A stretch of DNA of 64,000 nucleotides from Acidobacteriota bacterium (GTDB lineage Bacteria > Acidobacteriota > UBA6911). Location of the stretch: assembly GCA_963664705.1 (NCBI GenBank), contig OY761556.1:2656001-2720000 (forward strand). Reading direction: 5' to 3'. Of this stretch, positions 30,486-39,923 are shown piece by piece (position 1 is the first letter of the stretch; each line of letters opens with the position of its first letter). Position numbers and translations under genes: made by a program. Under the pieces are notes generated by a model. The model was not told where the DNA came from. It worked only from the letters and a program-made list of their open reading frames with translations, and ran no database searches.

Positions 30486-31808
30486 ATGAAAAAAATATTG
30501 GCAGTTACCTTCCTGACCGGCATGTTAGCTGCGGGAGTCTGTTTCGCCCAAGTCGCGGAGCAGGAACTGGTCCCTGCTCCGCTGCGCTCGGCCTCAGCAC
30601 CGGCGGTCGCGGCACATCCTTCACCTTACAATTTCCCGGGAGTTCAATTTCCCCGGATTGAAGCGGATTCGCGCGTCACGTTCCGTTTCAGTGCTCCTAA
30701 CGCACAAAAAGTACAGGTTGCCCTGGTTACCTCCGGATCGAATTCGCTTCAGCCGCTTCCGTTTGACATGGTAAAAGGCGAGGATGGCGTGTGGACCTAC
30801 ACAAGCACCCCGCAGAGTCCCGGCTACCACAATTACTGGATGCTGGTGGATGGCGCGGCCGTATTGGATCCGGCAACCAACGCTTTCATCGGTTACAGCC
30901 ATATGTGCAACGGGTTTGAGATTCCCGAACCGGGCGTCGATTATTATGATTTGAAAGATGTTCCACACGGCAATGTACTCATCAAAAATTACTTTGCGAA
31001 AACATTGAATACGTGGCGGCACATATTCGTCTATACGCCCCCGGGCTACGATAGCAACCCCTCCACCCGATATCCGGTGCTGTACCTGCAGCACGGGGGC
31101 GGAGAGGATGAGCGGGTGTGGATCGAAATGGGTCGGACGAACCTGATCCTCGACAACATGCTCGCGCAGGGCAAAGTCAAACCCTTGATTGTCGTCATGG
31201 AGACCAGTGCCGTTGGCGTTCCACCGAGCGCAGGTGCCCCTGCCCCCGGTGCGGGTCGTGGTCCCGGATTTGGATTCGGAGGGCCCGGAGGCGGCCCCTA
31301 TGGGCAGCTAATGACCAACGAGTTGATTCCATGGGTCGACAAAAACTTCCGTACGCTTGCCGACAAGGACCACAGGGCCATGGCAGGTCTTTCAATGGGC
31401 GGCATGCAGACGGCATCCGTCACCATGGCCAACCTCGATAAATTTTCATACATCGGCTTGTTCAGCGGTGGCGCGTCCATGGGATTTGTTCCCGGTAGTC
31501 AGTTCAGTCCTGCAAAACCGGTTCCCGGTACTGCTCCGGCGGCAGGGTCGGCACCGTTCGATATAAAAACAGTTTACAGCGGCGCCATGGCCAACCCTGC
31601 GGAATTTAATAAGAAGGTGAAGGTCCTCTTTATGAGTTTTGGCTCGGAACCACCGCTGGAGAATCCGCAAGGATTGAAGAAGCACCAGGAACAGCTTATT
31701 GCCGCCGGCATCAAGAACAGCTATGTCTATATTTCGCCTGGTACGTCGCATGAATGGCAGACCTGGCGAAGAAGTCTGTATGTTTTTGCTCCCCTTCTAT
31801 TCCGGTAG
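30486..31808 (+). CDS. Exported CE1-type esterase with N-terminal CBM48/E-set domain
   Basis: Motifs RVTFRFSAPNA, DVPHG, YPVLYLQHGGG, RAMAGLSMGG, GTSHEWQTWR. Confidence 0.92.
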   Translation: MKKILAVTFLTGMLAAGVCFAQVAEQELVPAPLRSASAPAVAAHPSPYNFPGVQFPRIEADSRVTFRFSAPNAQKVQVALVTSGSNSLQPLPFDMVKGEDGVWTYTSTPQSPGYHNYWMLVDGAAVLDPATNAFIGYSHMCNGFEIPEPGVDYYDLKDVPHGNVLIKNYFAKTLNTWRHIFVYTPPGYDSNPSTRYPVLYLQHGGGEDERVWIEMGRTNLILDNMLAQGKVKPLIVVMETSAVGVPPSAGAPAPGAGRGPGFGFGGPGGGPYGQLMTNELIPWVDKNFRTLADKDHRAMAGLSMGGMQTASVTMANLDKFSYIGLFSGGASMGFVPGSQFSPAKPVPGTAPAAGSAPFDIKTVYSGAMANPAEFNKKVKVLFMSFGSEPPLENPQGLKKHQEQLIAAGIKNSYVYISPGTSHEWQTWRRSLYVFAPLLFR

Positions 31809-31882
31809 TAGATGAAGCTGCAACTGAAGACTTGTGTTGAAGCGCGGTGGCTTGGAGCGCGTTGCCAAACCCGTTCTGTACC

Positions 31883-31914
31883 CCGTCGGAGGCCGGGACA
31901 CCGGCCTCCGACGG
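31883..31914. terminator. Perfect GC-rich hairpin between convergent genes (terminator or REP-like)
   Basis: CCGTCGGAGGCCGG-gaca-CCGGCCTCCGACGG. Confidence 0.65.
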
Positions 31915-32027
31915 TATGGGCTTATTGAAAACCGCATTCTTATGGCAGAGACGGAGGCGCTCAGCCAAACCCAGGCCGTTCACGAAATGCCCAAGTTCGA
32001 GACAACCTTCCTAGGTATGCACAAACC

Positions 32028-33692
32028 CTATTCCAGATAAGCCCCCTTATCGGCGCTTGTTACGTATTTTGCGAAATGCGCGAGATACCCTCTGGTGATC
32101 TTCGGTTCTGGCCTTTTCCAGGATTTCAGCCTTTGCTGAATATCCTCATTGCTCAACTCAATGGTCAGCTTTCGCGAAGGAATATCTATTTCGATCACAT
32201 CGCCATCTTGCAGAATTGCAATGGGTCCTCCGTCCATTGCCTCAGGTACAATATGACCCACGCATGGTCCGCCTGAAGTCCCCGAGAATCTTCCATCGGT
32301 AATGATGGCAACGGATCTATCAAGCCCCATATCTACGAGGAGCCAGGTGGCCATTACCATTTCCCGCATGCCCGGCCCACCCTTCGGGCCTTCGTACCGG
32401 ATCACCATGACATCTCCCTCTTTGACTCTGCCGGAAAGGAGAGCCTCTATGCAATCCTCCTCCTGCTCAAAAACTCTCGCCGGCCCTCGATGGGTGTGCA
32501 TTTCAGGCCGCACCGCAGTCTGTTTAACGACGGCAGTTCCCAAGTTGCCCTTCAGGATGGCAATGCCGCCATTCCGGCCCTTCGGCCTCGAAAGCGGGCG
32601 TATTATTTCCTCATCCCTGATATCCGCCATCAACAGATTTTCGGCTACGGTTTTTCCGCTTGCGGTGATTGCCTCTGTATCAAGAAGAGTCGCCATGGAT
32701 TTCATCACCGCTTGCGTGCCACCTGCACGTTCGAAATCCTCCATCAGGTACCTGGAATCAGAGGGCTTGATCTCCATTATCGATGGTGTCTGCCGACTGA
32801 TCTCTTCAAAATTATCAAGGGTAAATGGATACTCGAGTTCGTGAGCGATTGCGGGAAAGTGAAGGGTGAGATTCGTCGAACCGCTAGTCGCGCAGCATAC
32901 CTTTACGGCATTGGTGAATGCCGCCCGACTCATGACATCGCGGGCTTTGATATTCTTTTCCAGCAACTCCATAACTTTGCGTCCGGCTTCTTCCGCGAGC
33001 TTTTCCAGCGCAGGATCAGTCGCGCACAGAGCGGAGTTGCCGGGCAGTGAAAGGCCCAATGCCTCCGCAGCGATGCACATACTGTTTGCCGTACCCATAA
33101 GGCAGCATGCTCCAGGCCCTGGACACACCGCACCTTCCACTTCACGCAGCTCTTCTCTTGAGATCTTGCCTTGCCGGTGCATGACGAAATACTTACCCAT
33201 GGAAGAACAGTCTAATCTCTCGCCCTTGTAACGGCCCGAAGGCATATACCCCCCGGTGAAAAGGACGGTAGGCAGGTTGCATCGCGCAGCTGCCATGATC
33301 AGACCTGGTACAATCTTGTCGCAAGTACCGATCATGACGGCCGCATCGTAACTTGCATGCTCGATCATCATTTCAACCGAAGCGGCAATCAGGTCGCGGC
33401 TTGGCAGGATATATTTGAAACCCGCGTTGCCACTCCCCTGCCCGTCGCAGGGCGCAAGCACGTTGAAGACAGTCGCCATGCCGCCGGCCTCCTGGATGCC
33501 CCGTTTTACCGCAGCTGCAATCCGGTCGAGATGATAGGATCCAGGCAGTATTTCATTCCATGTATTCGCAATCGCCACCAGAGGCTTTTCAAGGTCTGCG
33601 TCGGTTGCCCCCATCGACTTGAAGAAAACCCTTCGCATATAGTATTGAGGGACATCTGGACTTAATGCTTTGCTTCTCAGTTTTGCACTCAT
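32028..33692 (-). CDS. ilvD: IlvD/Edd family Fe-S dehydratase (dihydroxy-acid or sugar-acid dehydratase)
   Basis: Motifs PCDG, SRDLIA, GTCDKIVPG, GACCLMGTANSM, SGSTN, YEGPKGGPGMREM, TDGRFSG. The operon context suggests a catabolic paralogue. Confidence 0.9.
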   Translation of the reverse strand: MSAKLRSKALSPDVPQYYMRRVFFKSMGATDADLEKPLVAIANTWNEILPGSYHLDRIAAAVKRGIQEAGGMATVFNVLAPCDGQGSGNAGFKYILPSRDLIAASVEMMIEHASYDAAVMIGTCDKIVPGLIMAAARCNLPTVLFTGGYMPSGRYKGERLDCSSMGKYFVMHRQGKISREELREVEGAVCPGPGACCLMGTANSMCIAAEALGLSLPGNSALCATDPALEKLAEEAGRKVMELLEKNIKARDVMSRAAFTNAVKVCCATSGSTNLTLHFPAIAHELEYPFTLDNFEEISRQTPSIMEIKPSDSRYLMEDFERAGGTQAVMKSMATLLDTEAITASGKTVAENLLMADIRDEEIIRPLSRPKGRNGGIAILKGNLGTAVVKQTAVRPEMHTHRGPARVFEQEEDCIEALLSGRVKEGDVMVIRYEGPKGGPGMREMVMATWLLVDMGLDRSVAIITDGRFSGTSGGPCVGHIVPEAMDGGPIAILQDGDVIEIDIPSRKLTIELSNEDIQQRLKSWKRPEPKITRGYLAHFAKYVTSADKGAYLE

Positions 33693-33701
33693 GTTACCGT
33701 C

Positions 33702-34859
33702 TCAAATATTGGGATTCATTTTGAATATGCTGAAATCTCTCTGATTCAGCCGCTCGGCCCTGGTCTCTTTGCCTGATGCGCAGGCAATTATCTCCTCGAA
33801 AACCCGTTTCCCCGCCTGGGAAATGGTTTCGTTTCCCCGGAGAACCCTGCTTACATCGAGATCCATGTTGTCCCTCATGTTAACGAAGGTGCTGCGGTTT
33901 CCCGTAATCTTGACGACCGGGGCGATAGGAGATCCGCAAGGAGTGCCTCGACCTGTCGTAAAAGCCACAATTTGAGCACCTCCTGCCACCATGGCGGTCA
34001 GCTGCTCGATGTCGTGTGCTGGAGTATCCATGTAGACCAGACCTTTTCTTGCGGGGTTACAGGCATAAGCGATTACTTCCTGGATCTGACTGCTCCCGGC
34101 CTTGTAGATACAACCCAGGGATTTCTCTTCAAGCGTTGTAATGCCTCCGGCGATATTGCCCGGTGAGGGATTGCTCTCTCGTATATTCTGGCCCGACGCG
34201 ATCGCCCTTTGCTCCCACCAAGCAACCGCTTCCACCAGCTGTTTCCCAATTTCCGGCGTTCGAGCTCTTTTCACAAGAAGGTGCTCGGCTCCGATAATTT
34301 CCGGAGTTTCAGAGAGAATTACGGTTCCTCCTTCTGCGACAATCAGGTCACTCGCAATCCCCACAGCAGGATTTGATGACAATCCTGAAGTGTAATCGGA
34401 CCCACCGCACTCTGTACCCAGGATCAATTCGGTAAGCGGTATCGGCTCACGTTCCAATCGAGCGGCCTCATTCAGCATTTCCTTTAGTATCTTTCTGCCT
34501 ACGGCTGTGGTTTTCTTCGTTCCCCTCGTTTCCTGGACTTTTATTACTTCCACCCTTTTGCCGCTGGGCGCAATTGCGTTTGCGATTTCCTCCGGTTGCA
34601 GTTCCTCACATCCATTCCCAACAACGAGAACGGAAAAGACGTTAGGACTCATTCCAAATCCGATAAGCGTCCTTCTCACCAGCGCTTTATCTTCTCCCAT
34701 CTGCCCGCAGCCCAGGGTATTGGGAAGATGAACCGCACCCTTTAATCCTCGCGCTATATCTCGTGCGCAACTCTGCGAGCAGCCAACGCTGGGAATGACC
34801 AGTACAAGGTTCCGCGTTCCCGCTCTCCCATCAGATCGACAGTAGCCATGGAAATTCAT
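33702..34859 (-). CDS. UxaA/GarD/SuyB family dehydratase or lyase, large subunit
   Basis: Motifs FHGYCRSDGRAGTRN, GNGCE, ECGGSD, SETPE, NPSPGNIAGG, EEKSLG, FTTGRG. Confidence 0.92.
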   Translation of the reverse strand: MNFHGYCRSDGRAGTRNLVLVIPSVGCSQSCARDIARGLKGAVHLPNTLGCGQMGEDKALVRRTLIGFGMSPNVFSVLVVGNGCEELQPEEIANAIAPSGKRVEVIKVQETRGTKKTTAVGRKILKEMLNEAARLEREPIPLTELILGTECGGSDYTSGLSSNPAVGIASDLIVAEGGTVILSETPEIIGAEHLLVKRARTPEIGKQLVEAVAWWEQRAIASGQNIRESNPSPGNIAGGITTLEEKSLGCIYKAGSSQIQEVIAYACNPARKGLVYMDTPAHDIEQLTAMVAGGAQIVAFTTGRGTPCGSPIAPVVKITGNRSTFVNMRDNMDLDVSRVLRGNETISQAGKRVFEEIIACASGKETRAERLNQRDFSIFKMNPNI

Positions 34860-35149
34860 GAGGGCTCTCCCTTGGACTGGCTCACCACATTGTGCACATG
34901 GACGTGCTCGCCACGCCGAATCGTTTTCGTGCTCCGGCCTATCATCTCTCCGTATTTAATCACGGCTTCACCCTGGTCAATATGCCTTATCGCGAATTTG
35001 TGGCCGCTGGGGATGTGAGAAATCAACGTTATCTTCTCGATATGTTGTTCTGGCCTAATTGAAACAGTTGTGCCCGCGGGAAGTTCCACCAATGTCACTG
35101 CGACGTTGTCCTGTTCGTTGATAACGATTATTCCCGTACTTGAACGCAT
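34856..35149 (-). CDS. UxaA/SuyA family small subunit (SAF domain)
   Basis: Motifs DNVAV, IPSGHKFA, IKYGEMIG, GEHVHVHN; 4-nt overlap with the large subunit. Confidence 0.9.
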   Translation of the reverse strand: MRSSTGIIVINEQDNVAVTLVELPAGTTVSIRPEQHIEKITLISHIPSGHKFAIRHIDQGEAVIKYGEMIGRSTKTIRRGEHVHVHNVVSQSKGEPS

Positions 35150-35381
35150 GACCCCTCTCAATAAATATGTTGAGCACGGTCAGTATTTTGGGCCATCCAA
35201 GACAACCATACAAACCGCTCGGGCTATGGACGAAAATACCAGACACATAAGTCCTCCCACATAGCCGCCTCCGTTAACCGATTCTGAAGATGATAATCCA
35301 GAAAGTTAAGACCGCAAGAGTTCTGTTCCACCAATGGAAATTATGGGTTTCTCCCGGACGTTACGCTGATAGAATGAATTA

Positions 35382-35399
35382 TGTCACATCTTTATGACA
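35382..35399. promoter_or_regulatory. Operator site 7
   Basis: TGTCACAtcttTATGACA in a divergent intergenic region. Confidence 0.8.
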
Positions 35400-35545
35400 C
35401 AGATCGTGTTAGAGTCGTGATAACAGAAGCATCCTGGACGTAATCGGCTGAAAACATGAGCGACCTGGCGACACCGGCGTTTTTTCCGTCCACGGTCAAC
35501 GCTGTCCCCAAAAAGCATGCTGGCGGCGAAGAGAGGCAATTCCAC

Positions 35546-37162
35546 ATGAAACGAGCTCTTTTATTCACAATGTGCGCAGTTCTTGTATCCGGCTTCTGCC
35601 TGGCACAGGCGCCAGCCCCTGTCACGATTGAGAGTGGATTGGTGCAAGGGACGGTTGAAGACAGCCTGACGGTTTACAGAGGCATCCCGTTTGCTGCGCC
35701 ACCAGTTGCCAACCTTCGATGGCGCGCTCCTCAGCCTGTGGCAAAATGGGATGGCGTGAAGGAAACCACGAAGTTTGCTCCTGCCTGCATACAGGGCATG
35801 ATGATGGGACCCAGCGGCAACGGCCCTGCGCCAAGCGAGGATTGCCTATATTTGAACATATGGAGTCCTGCAAAATCGGCGCGCGATCGCATCCCAGTAT
35901 TCGTATGGATCTATGGCGGTGGGTTTGCCATGGGATCCACTTCGGAAGCCACCTATAGCGGGGAGATGCTCGCCAAAAAGGGAGTGATGCTCGTAAGCAT
36001 CGCCTACCGCGTAGGACAAATGGGATTCTTCGTGCATCCGGAGCTGAGCGCCGAGACCCGAAACCGCGTATCGGGCAACTACGGCCTGCTGGATATGATT
36101 GCCGGCCTCCAGTGGATTCAAAAAAATATTGCTGCATTCGGCGGCGACCCACATCGCGTGACAATCTTCGGAGAGTCGGCCGGAGGAATCGCCGTCAGCA
36201 TGTTGTGTGCTTCGCCTTTGGCCAAAGGCCTGTTCCACGGCGCAATCTCGGAGAGCGGCGGATCGTTCGGACCACCAAGGCCCGCAACCATGCCCGGAGA
36301 GAACATGAAACGGCTGTCCGACGCGGAGCGATCGGGGACAGAAACGCTTAAATCGGCTGGCGTGGCATCCATTGCAGAGGCGAGGAAACTCCCTCCGGAC
36401 AAGCTTTCAGGCAACGGAGGCCGTGGTCCAAGCGGTTCGGCGGCTCGTGGCGGTGGCGGTCCGGCGGGTTTGACCAATTGGCCGATCGTCGACGGCTGGG
36501 CGATTCCGGATGATCAATACAAGCTATATGAATCGATGCGATATAACGATGTGCCAGTTCTAGTCGGCTACAATTCCGACGAGGGCTTGAGCTTCTCTCC
36601 TCCGCGGACGCCTGAAGAATATGTTGCCAATGTGAAGTCCCGATTCGGTCCGTTCGCCGACAAACTCATCGCGGCCTACCCTCCAGGAACAGGAACAGTA
36701 GCCAAGACTGCGCGCGACCTCATGCGCGATGCAGCATTTGGGTGGCAAACTTGGATTTGGGCGCGATTGCAATCAAAAACGGGCAAATCCAAGGTTTTCT
36801 ATTATTACTTTGATCAGCACCCGGAATATCCGGCCGACTCACCGCAGGCAGGTCGCGGATCGCCGCACGGACAGGAAGTGGCGTATGTATTTCGACATTT
36901 GAATCCGAGTCAGAAACCCACCAAATCGGATGAGACGATATCAGAGGCTATGGCTACCTACTGGACAAACTTCGCCAAATCCGGAAACCCCAATGGCACA
37001 GGCCTCCCGGAATGGCCGGCCTTCAGCGATTCCAATCCCACGCTAATGTACTTTGCTCAGACTCCTCATACAGGGCCGGTTCCAAGTGCGGATGCACTCA
37101 AAGTCATGGATCAATATTTCGCGTGGCGAAGGACTCCTGAGGGTGAAGCCTTTGTGAAATGA
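35546..37162 (+). CDS. Exported type-B carboxylesterase
   Basis: Signal peptide from ATG 35546; motifs SEDCLYLNIW, GESAGG, NSDEG, SPHGQE. Confidence 0.95.
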   Translation: MKRALLFTMCAVLVSGFCLAQAPAPVTIESGLVQGTVEDSLTVYRGIPFAAPPVANLRWRAPQPVAKWDGVKETTKFAPACIQGMMMGPSGNGPAPSEDCLYLNIWSPAKSARDRIPVFVWIYGGGFAMGSTSEATYSGEMLAKKGVMLVSIAYRVGQMGFFVHPELSAETRNRVSGNYGLLDMIAGLQWIQKNIAAFGGDPHRVTIFGESAGGIAVSMLCASPLAKGLFHGAISESGGSFGPPRPATMPGENMKRLSDAERSGTETLKSAGVASIAEARKLPPDKLSGNGGRGPSGSAARGGGGPAGLTNWPIVDGWAIPDDQYKLYESMRYNDVPVLVGYNSDEGLSFSPPRTPEEYVANVKSRFGPFADKLIAAYPPGTGTVAKTARDLMRDAAFGWQTWIWARLQSKTGKSKVFYYYFDQHPEYPADSPQAGRGSPHGQEVAYVFRHLNPSQKPTKSDETISEAMATYWTNFAKSGNPNGTGLPEWPAFSDSNPTLMYFAQTPHTGPVPSADALKVMDQYFAWRRTPEGEAFVK

Positions 37163-37231
37163 GTTGTGCAGCGGCGGTACGACTTTTGAGATTTGATTCG
37201 CTCAACAATTGTGGGAATAGGGGAAATTTGT

Positions 37232-39682
37232 ATGAAAACCCAGGTAAACGAAGATTGGCTCAGGGAAATTGACAATCTGGAATTGAGTGATCGAATCCGA
37301 CAATGGCAAAAGGCCATGAAAGCTTGCCCGAGCCAAATTTATGTCGATAGACAAAGACTCGCATTGGAGTCCTGGGTGGAAACAGAGGGCGAGGACATAG
37401 AAATCCGAAGGGCAAAACTATTCAAGAAGATCGTCGAAAATGTCCCAATAAAAATACACGATTTCGATGTTCTGGTAGGACGGCTTACACCGGGGGTTAT
37501 TGGCGCAAGCACAGCAATCGATATTGTGGGGGACTATATTCCTGCTATTTGGAATGATGACGGGAAAATTCGCATTTCAGTAACAAATGATGGGACTTTG
37601 TCTAAGGCGGATTTGGAAATACTGCGAGAGAGCGCCAGCTACTTCCGCGGAAAAACTGCGCCCGATTTGGCGTACAAAGCATTGCGCTCCCTGGTTGGCA
37701 CGTGGGCCGAAGATTACGAGAGTGCAAAGGGCAAGGACCCGGTCTTAAGTTCAGGGATTTTTCCCGGAACAAGCGCAACGGTGATGTGGAAGAAGATTTT
37801 GACAAAGGGTCTGAGAAGCATCATTGATGAGGCTAAGGAACACATAAAAAACTTTGCGGAAAAGCAGCAACACGGCATAGACAAGGTCATATTCTGGCAG
37901 GCAGCCGAGATCGTTTTGGAGGCTGCAATCAACCACGCCCACCGATATGCCACACTTGCGGAAAATATGGCCGAAAATGAGGAAAACACAATTCGGCGCG
38001 ATGAACTAAAAGAGATCGCCAGGATTTGCCGGTGGGTTCCGGAGTACCCGGCACGCACATTCCAAGAGGCGCTTCAATCGCTGGCTATTGTCGGCGTGTG
38101 CAAAAACTTTGAACACCCAATGCACTGTCACCCTCACCTTGCCAGGGCCGACGAATATCTATGGCCATATTTTGAACAGGATGTTAAGGGAGGAAAGCTG
38201 ACTCTGGGAAAGGCCGCAGAGCTGCTCGAAGAGATCATCGGTCGTTGGGGAAGCCAGATTTTTGTTGCGACTTCAAGCTTCCAGCAGACACATCAGATCA
38301 ATTATGGAATTCATAATGTAGTAGTGGGTGGCGTAGATGCGAACGGGAATGAGATATCAAACGAGTTGAGCTATCTCATTCTTCACATTATAGGATTATT
38401 AAGAATGTCTTCGCCGACCGTTAGCCTTCGCTGTAATAAAAACACGCCCGGCTGGCTCCTGGAAAAGGGATTAGAGACCAACACCAAGACAAGGGGCGGC
38501 ATTCCCCTCTTTCAGAATGAAGACCACGTGATCGACAGCTTCGTCCGTGACGGGGTACCGGTAGAGGAAGCCAGGGAGTGGTTCGGTCTCGGATGCGTGC
38601 AGCCTGTCGTCCCATCCAAAGTAAAGCACTCAGGATGCGAGGGCGCCGGAACAGTAAACGTTGCGCTTGTATTGGATTTGGCCCTCCATAACGGAGTGTG
38701 TGCCCTCACGGGCAAAAAGCTGGGCATCGAGACCGGCAACCCGCGCGATTTTAGGACCTTTACTGCCCTATACGATGCGTTTAAGCAGCAGTTTTCATTT
38801 ATTGCAACGAGAACGCTTTGGTTGGCTCGCACAGTCCGCGAGATAAATGAAAAACATCTGCGGCTTCCTTTCATGTCCAGCCTGATAACACAAGGCTGTA
38901 TGGACGCAGGAAAGGACGCTCTATGTCCGGACCCGTCTTTCCACATTTTCGTCATGCAAGATCGGGCAATTGTGGATACAGCAGATTCTCTCATGGCTAT
39001 TAAGAAACTTGTATTTGATGAAAAGAAATTGACTATGGATGAGCTGATGGGAGCGATTGACTCAAATTTCGAAGGCGTAAGCGGCGAACAAATTAGACGC
39101 ATGTGCTTGGCTGCTCCAAAATTCGGGAATGATATTGACGAAGTGGATCACATGGTACGAGACCTGGGCAAATTCACCTCCGGTGTGATTCGCTCGTATG
39201 ACAATCATCCATACAGCAACTATGGCGTCGTGCGGGAAGGTTTGTCGTGGCATTATTTCGGCGGATTGGGAGTAGGCGCCCTTCCCAATGGCCGCAAGGC
39301 AAAGGAACCGCTGAACGACGGCTCCATATCACCCATGCGCGGAGCGGATGTAAACGGTCCCACTGCCGTAATTCGGTCTGCAATAAAGGCAGGATTCGAC
39401 GAAGCACAGGCATCCGTTCTCAACCAGAAGTTTTCACCCTCCGCCGTTCAAAGTCCTGAGAGCAGGAAAAAAGTGGCGGCGTATACAGGTACATTTTTTC
39501 AGAACGGCGGTCAGCACATCCAGTTCAATATAGTGGACACTAAAGAATTGCTCGATGCGAAGACAAACCCCGAGAAATACAAGGATCTGATTGTCCGGGT
39601 GGGAGGCTTTAGCGCTTACTTTGTTCAACTCTCCCCAGAGATTCAGGATGACATCATCCTTCGCACCGAGCACTCGCTTTAA
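37232..39682 (+). CDS. Glycyl radical enzyme (PFL2-like), function unknown
   Basis: Motifs IRRAK, PARTFQEALQ, Cys loop FGLGCVQP, APKFGND, ALPNGRKA, HIQFNIV, Gly loop LIVRVGGFSAYF. Confidence 0.93.
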   Translation: MKTQVNEDWLREIDNLELSDRIRQWQKAMKACPSQIYVDRQRLALESWVETEGEDIEIRRAKLFKKIVENVPIKIHDFDVLVGRLTPGVIGASTAIDIVGDYIPAIWNDDGKIRISVTNDGTLSKADLEILRESASYFRGKTAPDLAYKALRSLVGTWAEDYESAKGKDPVLSSGIFPGTSATVMWKKILTKGLRSIIDEAKEHIKNFAEKQQHGIDKVIFWQAAEIVLEAAINHAHRYATLAENMAENEENTIRRDELKEIARICRWVPEYPARTFQEALQSLAIVGVCKNFEHPMHCHPHLARADEYLWPYFEQDVKGGKLTLGKAAELLEEIIGRWGSQIFVATSSFQQTHQINYGIHNVVVGGVDANGNEISNELSYLILHIIGLLRMSSPTVSLRCNKNTPGWLLEKGLETNTKTRGGIPLFQNEDHVIDSFVRDGVPVEEAREWFGLGCVQPVVPSKVKHSGCEGAGTVNVALVLDLALHNGVCALTGKKLGIETGNPRDFRTFTALYDAFKQQFSFIATRTLWLARTVREINEKHLRLPFMSSLITQGCMDAGKDALCPDPSFHIFVMQDRAIVDTADSLMAIKKLVFDEKKLTMDELMGAIDSNFEGVSGEQIRRMCLAAPKFGNDIDEVDHMVRDLGKFTSGVIRSYDNHPYSNYGVVREGLSWHYFGGLGVGALPNGRKAKEPLNDGSISPMRGADVNGPTAVIRSAIKAGFDEAQASVLNQKFSPSAVQSPESRKKVAAYTGTFFQNGGQHIQFNIVDTKELLDAKTNPEKYKDLIVRVGGFSAYFVQLSPEIQDDIILRTEHSL

Positions 39683-39923
39683 TAACAACCCCCCGGCCCT
39701 TCAGTCCTGGGATATCCGCTGTTCACTTGTTCCTCTGACCAGTGAGAGGCATGCTTTGAGCAGAAAAATGACCAAACCTAATCCCCATGGTATTGAATCT
39801 GTGATTCGAAGCAACTCTAAAGCCGGACACAAAGTCTTGCCTTCCGGCGGCAATGAAACGATCTTGACCAAGGTCGGATTTTTGCCTCCTTTAAGTCCAC
39901 AGCCTATGCGCAAACGAAAAGAC

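Noticed and set aside
39591-39905. Long N-terminal extension of the flavoprotein, or a hidden activase gene after the GRE
   Set aside because: It overlaps the GRE end and has no CxxxCxxC motif. Family similarity starts only near 39924.
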